The translations under genes and the position numbers were made by a program. Shown piece by piece: positions 14,161 through 25,710 of a stretch of 64,000 nucleotides of DNA. The stretch lies in assembly GCA_026023565.1 (NCBI GenBank), contig JAPETS010000002.1, forward strand, positions 1-64,000, given 5' to 3'. This DNA comes from Cirrosporium novae-zelandiae. Its lineage: Eukaryota. The notes under the pieces are model-generated. The model saw only the letters and a list, made by a program, of their open reading frames with translations. It had not been told where the DNA came from and made no database searches. The number at the start of each line of letters is the position of its first letter. Position 1 is the first letter of the stretch.

Positions 14161-15300
14161 TTAGATCCAGGAGTTTCCAACAGCACATCCCTCGTTGAAT
14201 AACTCAACGTATAGGTCTTCAAGTAAGATGCGATATTCCTCTACTCGGAATTTCTGCAAGCCTTTGGATATCATCATTTGTTCCTCGTCACTGAGAATCT
14301 TTTCTTTTAGACCAAATCCCTCGGCAACCTCCCGCACCTGCTCAAGCTCCTTGCCAAAAGGGTGCGGAGCCTCCATGGAACTTTTAAACGAGTCCCCGGT
14401 GCTGGAGCCATTTGGGTTGCTTAGCATCCCATTTGATTGTAATTCGGTCTTAGAAACGGATCGTTGACGAGAGAGTATATGCGTTCTTTTTGTATGAGAA
14501 GGGGCTCTCTGGGGTATAACTGGAGCATTTACATGGTCAATGGACGGAGACTGGCGGTGATGGTGATCTCGAGTCGATTGGCTCGGATGTTCAGGGACAC
14601 TTGGCTGGCCATGAAACTCTTGGCTCCGCGAGTTATGAACACTGCTAGGATGCTGCGAGAAGTAATCTGAATGGCTTGACGAGTTGGTGTGCTTGTAAGT
14701 ATCGTACTGATCATGGATGTCTCGACTTGAGGAAGCGGAATGCTTAGAATGAACGCGTTGCCTATTGTAATCCCGGCTGGAAGCATCGGAGCCCTTGGAG
14801 GAATGGTAATGCTCTGGGTAGTGCTGACTAGAAACGCTGAGTTGTGGTGAATCCGAATGGCTATGAAATTCCTGACTTGATGTGTTGGTGTGCTTAAGAG
14901 AATGAGAGGCACTATGCATATCTCTGCTAGATGTTGTCGAGACCGTTGAATGCTTGCTGAAACTATCAGAAGTAGGCATGCGATTTGCGGAACCTGGAGA
15001 AGACAATTCTATGACCGAAGGTTCTGGGGATGTATTTGGAGACGACAAAATTCCATGCGATAAGTCAGAATCACTAGGGGAGCTTACACAAGAGTGTGAG
15101 GGTGAGGTCGTGGAATGGATATCCGGATGGCTGAAGACAAGTACATTGGTCGTCGACTTGAGTTCCAATGGGCCCGAAATCTGAGCGCGCTTGATCGGAC
15201 CATGTTTATTGCGAATACTGGTAGCACGAGCAGGAGTTGTAGCTGGCAGAGATATCTCTGGACGTTTGCCCCGCTTAGTAAATGCTCGTGCAAGCGACAT
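14161..15300 (-). CDS. Conserved fungal hypothetical protein with Ser/His-rich middle
   Basis: Intronless 379-aa ORF. The N-terminus (MSLARAFTKR...RAQISGPLELKSTTN) and C-terminus (HPFGKELEQVREVAE...EEQMMISKGLQKF) resemble a widespread Pezizomycotina uncharacterised family. Function unknown. Confidence 0.8.
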   Translation of the reverse strand: MSLARAFTKRGKRPEISLPATTPARATSIRNKHGPIKRAQISGPLELKSTTNVLVFSHPDIHSTTSPSHSCVSSPSDSDLSHGILSSPNTSPEPSVIELSSPGSANRMPTSDSFSKHSTVSTTSSRDMHSASHSLKHTNTSSQEFHSHSDSPQLSVSSQHYPEHYHSSKGSDASSRDYNRQRVHSKHSASSSRDIHDQYDTYKHTNSSSHSDYFSQHPSSVHNSRSQEFHGQPSVPEHPSQSTRDHHHRQSPSIDHVNAPVIPQRAPSHTKRTHILSRQRSVSKTELQSNGMLSNPNGSSTGDSFKSSMEAPHPFGKELEQVREVAEGFGLKEKILSDEEQMMISKGLQKFRVEEYRILLEDLYVELFNEGCAVGNSWI

Positions 15301-18300
15301 TGCGAAATGGCGATAGGCTCAAGGGGTGCTCCCTCAAATTATAGTTGAAGAGATATGTGGGTTGAGTTGAAGAAGCTTATAGAGAAGTCTTTTGTACCTG
15401 CCGCTCAGCGGTGCAGGACTATTCTGTATATTTAATCCGTGTACTGAATCGAAAGTAAATCGTTCTGTGGTTTGGATGAGAAAGCGAGTGGGTTGGTGAT
15501 GGTTGATCCGGACCCAGCCCGAATAATGAAATCCACAGAACAAAGGACGGTGATTCTGTTGGAGAGGTAGACCTGCTGTAGAATAAAGAGCGCACCCCAG
15601 GACGCGAAAGAGTGTGTAAGTCAAGGTACTAATCCTAGACTTGCGATAACCGCTGGTCAAAGATGAAGGGGCGAAAGGGAGAAGATCGCCGGCGGAGGAG
15701 GGGAAGTAAGGGATAGAATTGGGGGATTGAGATTTAGGAGCTGGAGATGGCGAAAAAGCGCGTTGGGGGATAGTTGAACTTGAAACAGTGTAAAAGCCAA
15801 TGCTCTGGATCAAAGGTTCTGGAGTTTCTAGTTTCTAGTTTCTTTGGGGTTCTTGGTTGAAGCTATGAAACTTCAATCCCTGTCCTTGACGTGTGAGGGG
15901 GACGAGGATGATTGGTGTACCTGTTGGTAAACCTATTCATCGTTTGCATGAAATGTAAAGATGAGCCGTTTTAGTGCATTTAGTGCAAGGGGAAACAAAT
16001 CTCTGTGGGCTTAGGATTGGTGGATTCATTGAGTCCCATCCTAAACAAGCAACTTTAGCGATAGAGGACTACAAAACTGAAAAGGAGAGCGCGTAGAGAG
16101 AGAATGCCCCAGGCCAACTTCAACCTTAGGTCAAGTCGAGGCAACCCTCAGGCCATTTTCAGACAAACATTGGACCAGTTCATCCCACCGTTCATATTTG
16201 TTTTTTTTTGTTCGTCGAGAAATCTGGGTTGTTCAAGGGTCCAATTGGGTCCAGTCCAGGATTAATATCAATTTCATTTAAACATGTGGCCATTTCTGTA
16301 CTATAGCCAAACATCCATCACTACAACACATGTGCAGTATGTCGTTTGCCGAGGAAATCTTTCTAAATAATTAGACAATAATTCATAACAGGATGCCTCG
16401 GGAGAAGTTTTGGGAGGTAGCATCACACCCGCTTCTTCATTTCATCGCACCACCCCCCTCAAACTACATTGTGTAATTGAGAGAGTTAATGATTAATGGA
16501 TAAATGAACATCATTACCCCCTTTTGTTATCTTTTATTTGAATAGATAAATTTCAGCAGGTAAGTAAGTAGGGTATGCTTTTTTTCCCTTCCATTGTTCA
16601 GCTCAACATCTTCAAGTCTAGTTATGAAGGATGGAGGTAATGGCCTCCTTGAAATAAGTCTTGAGGTCAAATGGAATGCCTTGTTTGTGGAGATGGTCCG
16701 CAGGAACCAGTAGCAAGCCACGGCGCAATTTTTTCTCCCGGTTGTGACTTAGATTTACTAGTAGCAGGGTTGAACATGGCTTTAGTAACAACAACCATCT
16801 AATCCTACAAAACCTTATGAAGGTCTTCTGACTGCATTGGTTCCTGTTTCCGTAACCATCAGCTCTGTGTAATAATTCTTTTCATCATCATCTTTGGTCG
16901 AGCTTAATCTTAACCAGGACCAAGCATCATCATGGCTGAAATAAAAAGTGAGGACCTCAGCCTCATAAATATATGACATGATATAGTCTAAAGAATGGAG
17001 AAGTAGCGAAATGACAGAATGACAAAATTCTTTCGTATAATTGACTAGTCTAATTGATACGACCCCGAGGATGGGAAGAGAATAACTCACTATGTACCTC
17101 ACTAATTAATTAGTGGACAAGATACCTTTTTCGATTGTGTATGTTAGTCACAGGTCCTGAATTACAACCTTGTACCTGCCTTAGACTCGGAGTCCCTTTA
17201 CCACTAGTACCAAGTAGAGCTGTATCCGGGTAAGCTCGGCTCCTCCCTCAAGGGTTAAATCCGAATTAACTTAGACCGAGAAGGCTTGGCTAAGGTTAAT
17301 CGAATGTTATTGGATGTCATTGGATACCTTGGCCAGAATCGTCCGGAATAGGTCATCTCGGCATTCTCGGCAAGTGAACAAAGTGGGGGCTTGTTGGCAA
17401 TACTTGAATTAAGAAAAGAGTTAGAGTGATTAATGAGATTTTATGTTATAGAAATAGTATAGAAATATCTAAATGATCCAACTAACGATTCAACGAGGAT
17501 TAAAATAAATCCCCAATGACAATGATAGGCAATGACAATGGGACAAAGGCAAGGCTGAATTACCTCCAATTAGTGAACAAGGAAAGAAATTAAAAGGGTG
17601 TGTAACTCTTGAGTAGTGGATTATGGTACCATGACTTATATAAGACTAATGCTACTAATTGCTGCAAGTGTGAGCTTGTTCAAGGGGAAGAGTTGCTACC
17701 GAACAGGTGCTGCCCCAGGTAAAAGACATTAATCGACTAGTAGGACTGTAGAACAATCGATCATTTGTAAGTCCTGTACAATCCGTTGAATCATGTCCCA
17801 TACATTGGGGCCAAGGTAGGCCGATGCACATTACCGCGGCGCAGCAAGTCAAAGCCAGTCAAAATGCCTTCCCAACTGACCCAACTATCCAAACACGCTG
17901 TACCCTAGTCAGACTTTGGTCATGCTTGTGAGAAAAAAAGTAGTCGAAAGTAGTCAAAGTAGAAAGTAGTCATTGGGGCAAAATGGAAATCATGGCTATC
18001 TCCTTTTTTTACTTTGAAGTCTTTCTTCATCCCGATTTCCGATTTCTCCTCTCCTTCAGGGCCAACTCTGCCAACTTTCCATCCTCAAGACCTTTTCTTG
18101 CAGACTTACACTTACGCTCTTTTTCAATCCTACAAGTCATTCTCTATTGCTTGTTTTTATTCTTCTCAAAACTGATTTTCTCGTTATCTAATGTGTTGTT
18201 AACCTTAACACCACCATTGCCAATCACTAGCCCTCACGCCTTCCAACACCACGCGTCAAATAGGACCAAAAGAGATAAGAGACTGACAGGGGTGAAACCA

Positions 18301-18721
18301 CCGGAGCAGTGGACAGGACATATGCATGATAGGTGACATTATCCACACCCTAGAAGAAGAGGAGAATTATTGTCCAATTCTCATCTAAACAAATCTCCAT
18401 CGCTATCGTCAATCATCCCCATTGCCATATCAACAGAAAAGTTAGGTCTTTCGACACATTCGTTGAATCCTCTGTATACTCGGTCGCTACCAACAACCTC
18501 AAACCTCAGGTCCGACCCCCCACATACATAATATTGCAAATTCCCGACCGCTGTTCCAGGTTTAATACAACGTTGCCGGGTGCCGGGAGGTCCTAGGTTA
18601 AACAAAGCACCTTCAGCCCGCTCTTTCGTCTGTTCGAAAAATAATAACCCGATAGACGCCTCGTGTTTTTGTTTTTACTACGGATTTTAATCACCTGCCC
18701 TTCAATTGAATCACCCTCAAC

Positions 18722-20453
18722 ATGAGGGATACTTTTATCACCCTCTCCCTCGCTTTGATAAGCGCCGCGGGTGTGTCGCTGGCTGCAACAACAGAAGAGT
18801 GGAGGTCAAGGACGATTTACCAAGTGTTTACCGACCGATTTGCTCAAACGGATGGTTCAACAACAGCAAAATGTGACTTGGCAGCGTCCTCGTATTGTGG
18901 AGGGACATGGCAAGGCGTTATCAACCAGCTCGATTACATTCAAGATATGGGGTTTGACGCCATTATGATATCCCCAATCACAGAATGCCTAAAGGGGAAT
19001 ACATCTGAAGGAGAATCATACCATGGGTACTGGCCAAAAGATTTATACACAACAAACTCCAATTTTGGAACATCAGACGACTTGCTCGCCCTATCCAAGG
19101 CTTTACATAAGAGATCAATGTATTTGATGGTTGATGTTGTTATTAATGATATGGGTTATTATCTCAACTCCGCCAAGTCCAGTACCATCGACTATTCGAA
19201 CTTTTCACCTTTCGACGACGAAAAATATTACCACTCATATTGCGTTGTTGAAGACTGGAGCAACATCACCCAGATCCAGAACTGTAATATTGGTGATAGC
19301 AAAGTTGCCCTGCTGGATCTCGATACCGAAAGTGACGCTGTCATCAACGCCATGGGCACTTGGGTCAGCGGTCTTGTGACAAATTACTCCGTCGATGGTC
19401 TACGAATTGATGCAGCAAAGCACGTGAATAATGCCTTCCTTTCAGAATTCGTCGAGGCAGCGGGTATATTTGCAACTGGAGAAGTGTATAATGGCGGTGC
19501 AGGCTCGGCTTGTGTCTACCAGAACTACATTCCCAGTGTAACTAACTATCCTGTTTATTTTGCTGCCATCCAAGCTTTCACAGCTTCGAACATTACGCAG
19601 CTAGTAGATTATATTAGCTATGTCAAATCGTACTGCCAAGATTCAACTCTACTTCTCTCTTTTGGGGAAAACCACGATTTGCCTCGCTTTGCTTCATACA
19701 CAGATGATATTGCAGTGAGTCGATCTTTACAGTCATCGTAAAGTTATAATAGATACTGACTTTCTATAGCTTGCTAAGAACTTCCTCGCATTCACATTAC
19801 TTGCAGACGGTATACCCATTGGTACGTTACCTACCGCTTAGATGTGATTTGCCTGTATGCTAATATAAGAATTAGTTTACCAGGGCCAAGAGCAACATTT
19901 CGATGGTGCATCTAGCCCCTACAATCGTGAAGCTCTCTGGACTAGCAAATATAACAGTGACGCCGTTTTAGCCAAAATGATTAAAACCCTTCTAAAGATG
20001 CGGAATGCAACTATTGAGTATGATGCTGGATACCTTACTACCCAGGCTTACCCTATATACAATGATGGCTCTGTCCTTGTTATGCGCAAGGGTCGCGAGA
20101 ATGGTCAGATCGTCTCCGTTTATTCGGCCCAGGGCTCCAGTGGCGGTTCTTATAATTTGAGTCTCGCAACGGCATTTGCACCGAGTGTTGAAGTTACAGA
20201 GGTCCTTAGCTGCACCACTGTCAATACTTCGATATATGGTCAGCTTACGGTAGAGATGAGCAAAGGTCTACCAAGAATATTTGTTCGTACGCAGAACCTT
20301 AACGGGACGGGTCTTTGTGGTGGTATTGGAGATGTTGCCGCCCAAGCTGCTTCCGACGCAAATGACTCTGGAAGCTCGAGGATATCGCTTCCACAAGAGA
20401 GTAATGTTCTGTATATATTCTTGCTAGGGGTATTCGCATACTGGCTAATCTAG
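18722..20453 (+). CDS. GH13 alpha-amylase-like protein, signal peptide plus predicted GPI anchor (AgtA/AmyD-like), 3 exons
   Basis: Signal peptide, EEWRSRTIYQVFTDRF, YCGGTWQG, YHGYW, catalytic DGLRIDAAKH / GEV / ENHD. Exons 18722-19714, 19770-19821, 19876-20453. The C-terminus is Ser/Gly-rich and then hydrophobic (VLYIFLLGVFAYWLI). Confidence 0.93.
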
Positions 20454-22127
20454 TAATGGCTCTTTACCATAATGTCTGTCATCTCATTCTTCGATTCGAC
20501 ATGTATATACCCTTTTGCGCGTTCTGCGTCGTTATATTTTTTTCTCTCATCACGGCGTTTGGGCTCTCATGAAACAGCTGTTCTTCTGCTTGGAATCTTA
20601 CTGTCCGTGTTTTGTCAATGGGATGCCAGCATTGTGAAGATCACGAAATTCAGTCTTATGGGGTTTGGACAACAAAAGAACATACATAATCCCACCCTGA
20701 CTCTCCTTCCCTCCGACCGGTTACCAACACAACAATCAGCAGCGACCGAACGAAGCCTTCACACGCTCCCTCATTCGCAATCATTCTATTTTTTCAGCAA
20801 TTTACTCTATCCGGTCATTTTCTATTTGAAGGAAGGCATCGTGGGGATCTGCATAGCATGGAAGTTAAGGCATTCTCAGAATTTGCGCGTGGCGTGACGC
20901 CTGCATTTGTTTTGAAGTCGAGTGGTCACCCACGCTGGGTTTAATCCGCCCAAGGTCATGATCAAGTATTGTAGCATATACTTTGATCTAGTCAAGAAAG
21001 ATGACATCTTTCTTTTGCGAAAGCATTAAAATACAAACAATTCATATACGGTCACTTCAGAATAATCCCAGCTTTCGAATAGATCCTCAACCTTATTTAA
21101 CATATCTTACTGTTGGAATAATTGATGTTGGACGCCCCAGTCAAAAGCGACAAGGGTACCACATTTAACTGGATTTCAATAACATAACGTTGCAGATAAG
21201 GTAGGCTTGGCAGATAAAACGGTATCTCACAGTGTCTGTTAACGGTGTGTTGTACGGTGTACCTAGGTATGCTTACTGCTAGAGCTGTGAGATGATACTA
21301 TTGCCTGACCGTTTGAGACGGAGTGTTACAGGTGTTTCGAGAATCGAAAAGGAAATTGTGCTAGCTGTTAGTTTTCTCCTTATCTATGTGACCCACTGAT
21401 CTACAATCACAACAAAGCGGTTAGCCTCATTTCGTGAAATATTTTTTCCCCTGCCTTCTTCTGTGTATTTTTCAGGTAAGTAAATATCATGTTATTAATG
21501 GTTCGGAAAAGCAGAGGTGAATTTTGGCTTTAAAGAAGCGAGTAAGGTTGGTAGGGCGCATGATAGCTGTCTGAATAGAATGTCAATCTGCTACATAGAC
21601 TAGGCCATACATACGCTGTGTTACCCGTCTACAGATGCCGGATTCAGGTTGCAAACTTTAACCGGCCAAGGGGCTGACCTAGAAATTTGCCATGTTCCTG
21701 CGCGGGCGGCCGATTAGCATCTTGCATCAAATTTTACTGACTATCTACAAGGCATATCCATACGAACCACCTTCTTCAGGTTTAAATCCAATCTGCCTCG
21801 CGACAAACTGGTCTGATCCTATGAAGAGATACATTTAGGCGAAAAAAAAAAACAATTGTTAAAATAACAATTCTGAAGGAATGACACAGCCACTGAACGA
21901 ATGATATTCCTTGGCTGAAGCTGAACAACTGAATAACTAATTATTAAGGGTTCGCTGTGCTATGCGCTCCTTCCATGTACTGTACATCTGCTTGCTGTCT
22001 TGGTTAACTGAGCTTTTGTTCTCGTGGTCATTAACGTTCTGTAACCTCTCATATTCAAATCATCAACAATCGCCTAGCTACTTAATACTATATTTGATAT
22101 TCCAACCTACAAAGGCAGCTAATAACA

Positions 22128-22808
22128 ATGGCTCAGGACAACAGTAAGGTTGTTGGTAAACCGTTCCCACCATTTAGTTCCCTTTGATTGAAGATAAACG
22201 GATAACTAATGAAACTGGAATCGAAGGTCAGGACTATTCTTACCCCATGGCGATTCTACCAACCGATCCTCATTAGTAGGTTTCTTTTGCTTTTCCTTAT
22301 GATATTGAAACCTTATAAACGCCGACGAATATAATAGTAATGATACCACCTCTCCTAAAATATACCCACAACCAGAAATGACATACCAGCAGCAATCGCA
22401 TACACCCCAGGGACAAGAAATGTGGCAGTCAACGTCAGAAGGAGTCCATGATAAGGTTTATGAGCAAGCCGTACCACTTACAAATCTTGGTATGGCACCA
22501 GCACCAGTTGATTGCCCTGCCTGTCGCGCAAGAGCTCTGACTCGGATCAGCCATCATTCTGGAAATACAACCCAGTAAGCCGTTCAGTGGCCCTTTCATT
22601 GCTACCGTGGGGGATTACTAGTACTATGTGACTAACAGTATTCTATAGTTTGTGGGCATTGATAGTCTTCGCCTGTACGATCTGCTGCTTTTGGATTCCA
22701 TACACGATAAAATCGCTTAAAGACGTTGATCATCACTGCGGTAAATGTGACGTGCTGCTGGCTACCTGGCATAAAGGTGGACAGGTGGAAGTTCACATGC
22801 ATGCTTGA
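22128..22808 (+). CDS. LITAF-like zinc-ribbon membrane-associated protein, 4 exons
   Basis: Exons 22128-22143, 22227-22275, 22338-22574 and 22649-22808 splice in frame to give APVDCPAC...HLWALIVFACTICCFWIPY...KDVDHHCGKC, i.e. CxxC, hydrophobic stretch, HxCxxC. Exon 1 is less certain. Confidence 0.85.
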
Positions 22809-23375
22809 ATTAGAATCGTTTATAAGTCACTCTCATTTTGGCAGTCTTCAGGTTGCCTGACCCTATTCCTATTCGCTAGGCGTTTAATGAGGATACAAAG
22901 CTATATTCCCAATCATATATTACTAGTTGATATTTTAATAATGGCTTCAAGATCCGGAAGCTCGTCGGATTAGTATGTTTAAGTAGCACGAATTAATATC
23001 ATCAATATTATAAAAGTACGCTTCTGATTCTAAGCACGAGAATACACGGATAAAAGATGACAGTAACTCAACACGAGGGATTTCATCGCTAGAGCTCGAG
23101 GAATAACTCGAATTGTCTTTATTAACTCGTTAAAATTCAACTACTTTCCAAAGTATTTCATTAAAGAAATATTTTATTGATAAGATTAGATTGTTTATTC
23201 GTACGTATGAATGACGTGACTCCGCTTTGATCAGAGCGTCAAACATGTCATGGTGAGCTTCCAGCGCATCACCTCCCCCCAAACTCCTCTTTCCTCCATA
23301 CACCTTTCATTATTCTTCATTACAACATCCACGAACCAAATATTATAGGACCAAACAATTGCTATACAAGTCACC

Positions 23376-24360
23376 ATGTCACAGCCACTTGCTTCTTTGG
23401 ACCCAAATGTGGCGATGAGCAAAGTGGGCCAGGATTCCGGCGGTACAGCAACTGTAAGACCCAATCTAGAATTATAGTCTGTACCTTTAAGCTAATTGCA
23501 TTCTTTTTCAGGCAAAAGCCCCCGGCGCGGGCCAAAAGCGCCGGCGCGAAAGATCCCAAGACAATGATATGGCCATTGATCCATCATCCATCAGACTTCC
23601 CGGTGAATACGAGGGGGAGGTTCAGATTGATCAATCGTGTAACCAAATCCGCAGCAAAATCCGTAGATTCCTCGAGAGTGGCGAAATGAAAGTGACGGAG
23701 TTTTTGCGCGAAATCCACGTGAACAGCAATTCCTATGGGCGCTTCATGAAGCTCAAAGGACCTTACGCCGGGGATGGCAACAGTACGTATGAGGCGGCAT
23801 ATATATTCTTCAAGAAGCGCAAATTGGCTGGGAAGAAGATCTCGGCGAAGAAGTCGAAGCTGTCGGCGGAAGACGCGTCCAAGTGGGACGTGAGCGATAT
23901 CCATCTAGAGGGAGAAGAGGACGAGACGGTCGAGATCTACGACTCGTGCGACGAGATTCGCAGGAAAATCAACGCCCATCTCCGCCGAGCGGGAATCACA
24001 CGCGCCGCATTCCTCCGCACTATCGGGCAAATGTACCCGGAACCCAGGAAGCTCCAGTCAACCCAGCTGAACACTTTCCTGCAGTTCAATGGGCCCACCC
24101 GAGGCTCCGAGGGCAGCATCTACTACGCGGCTTACGTGTACTTTGAAAAACTAAGAATCAAGAACAAGGAACCCAAAACCAGCCACAGGGAGGGCATGGA
24201 GGATGCCTGGGCTGTTGACGGGGGTGCAAAACACGGCAAGGAAGCCGCGTCTTATAATCGAACGGGCTATATCTGTTTCAAGGATAGCATCCCCGTCATG
24301 GACCAGTACGGTAGGGTTGGCATCGAGCACAAAACAGGTCTCGGACGCAGGAGGCGTTGA
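23376..24360 (+). CDS. Hypothetical protein with two tandem copies of a ~65-aa domain (DUF7726-like), 2 exons
   Basis: ATG at 23376, intron ~23454-23510 (GTAAGA...GCTAAT...TCAG), then the 263-aa ORF. The repeats are CNQIRSKIRRFL...GDGNSTYEAAYIFFKK and CDEIRRKINAHL...GSEGSIYYAAYVYFEK. The DUF name is from memory and not verified. Confidence 0.8.
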
Positions 24361-24539
24361 GGAGGGGGAAAAACATAGGAATTATTGCGCGGCGGATCAT
24401 CTCCTTCAAATGACTTACTTTGTCTGGCACAAAGGCTTTCGGTTCGATTCGGTTCTTCCTAGTATGTATACGTATACGTATGTATGTATGGTGGGTGTAT
24501 TGGGTGTATTGAGTGACGTACACTAAGTATATATTTATC

Positions 24540-24619
24540 TCTTTCTTTTTTTCTTCTTTTTTTCTTCTTTTTTTCTTCTTTTTTTCTTCTTTTTTTCTTT
24601 TTTTCTTCTTCTTCTTTTC
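24540..24619. repeat. Pure polypyrimidine (T/C) low-complexity tract, degenerate (TTTTTTTCTTC)n
   Basis: About 80 nt with only T and C on the + strand. It produces the spurious poly-K/E and poly-F ORFs. Confidence 0.9.
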
Positions 24620-25710
24620 GGGGTTCAATGAAAATAAATATAACCGTGTGGTATTATTTTGGTCACATTCGGTTAAGAAAGGTAACTTATATAAATATTT
24701 GAATTTTTTTAAAAACGGCTTAACTCTTGTTGTTGGAACATGGAAAGCTCTTTAAACTAATTGATACTTTTTAGAATAATGGCTAATTTATATCACATAT
24801 AATAAATAAACCGAGCAATATTCAATAGAGGGACCTGAGATGATCTGAGCGGAGGGGAGGAGAGGTGAGGTTAGGTGAGGTGAGTACAAGCTTAATATTT
24901 AAGTATTGATAAAACAATCAATCCAGCATCGCTAATCATCAATGAAGCTTCACCCCACCCCATACCTTTTTCCCTTCCCCTTCCCTCTTCCACCATCTCA
25001 TCTCTTTCTCGTTCTCTTTCTCCCTACACTACACACTAACCATATCCCATTAATGTCATTCCATCCCATCCACAGCCTCCCTGCCTCCCACCTCCTATAT
25101 AACCCCTCCCTGGCTCACTCACTCGCTCATCCAACCCTCTTTTTCATATAAACGAAGATGGATATGTAGAGGGTAGGTAGCTTTGTTTTCTCTGATATTA
25201 CGATTTCTTTTTTTTTTGGTGGAGTTTGATGAGAGGGATGAGTTGTGAAAAGTAGGTGAGTAGTGTGTGGGGAGAAAGGGGGAGGTGTGGGCAGAAAGGG
25301 GGGTTTGTTTCTCCTCCCTTTTTTTACTTGACTAATATACTAATCAACTTACCTATCTATCTACCTATCTATCTGCCTATCTATTTACCTGCATATCTAG
25401 TCAGTTAACTTTTCTGTCCTTTTTTTCTCTAGACTGCGTGCATGCATACATACACATACACACATATATATACCTAAATACAATTCAAGTTTGCAGGCAA
25501 ACAGATATATATCACTTAGGCATATATTTTTCTTCCTCTATAACCAGCCAGTAATGTACCGACTCGAAACATAATATTATTGTTAGTGTTAGTGATAGAT
25601 TCTACATCGGAACCTAATTGTAAGTTGCTCCATTTTCACCACCCAATTTTACCAAACTTGACCAAACTACCCATCCACCTATGTACTATACCCATGGATC
25701 CAATCGCCCT

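Noticed and set aside
15334..15813. 159-aa ORF upstream of the His/Ser-rich gene
   Set aside because: Non-ATG start, UTR-like pyrimidine-rich composition and no motifs.
24296..24755. Poly-Lys/Glu and poly-Phe ORFs
   Set aside because: Translations of the T/C simple-sequence tract.
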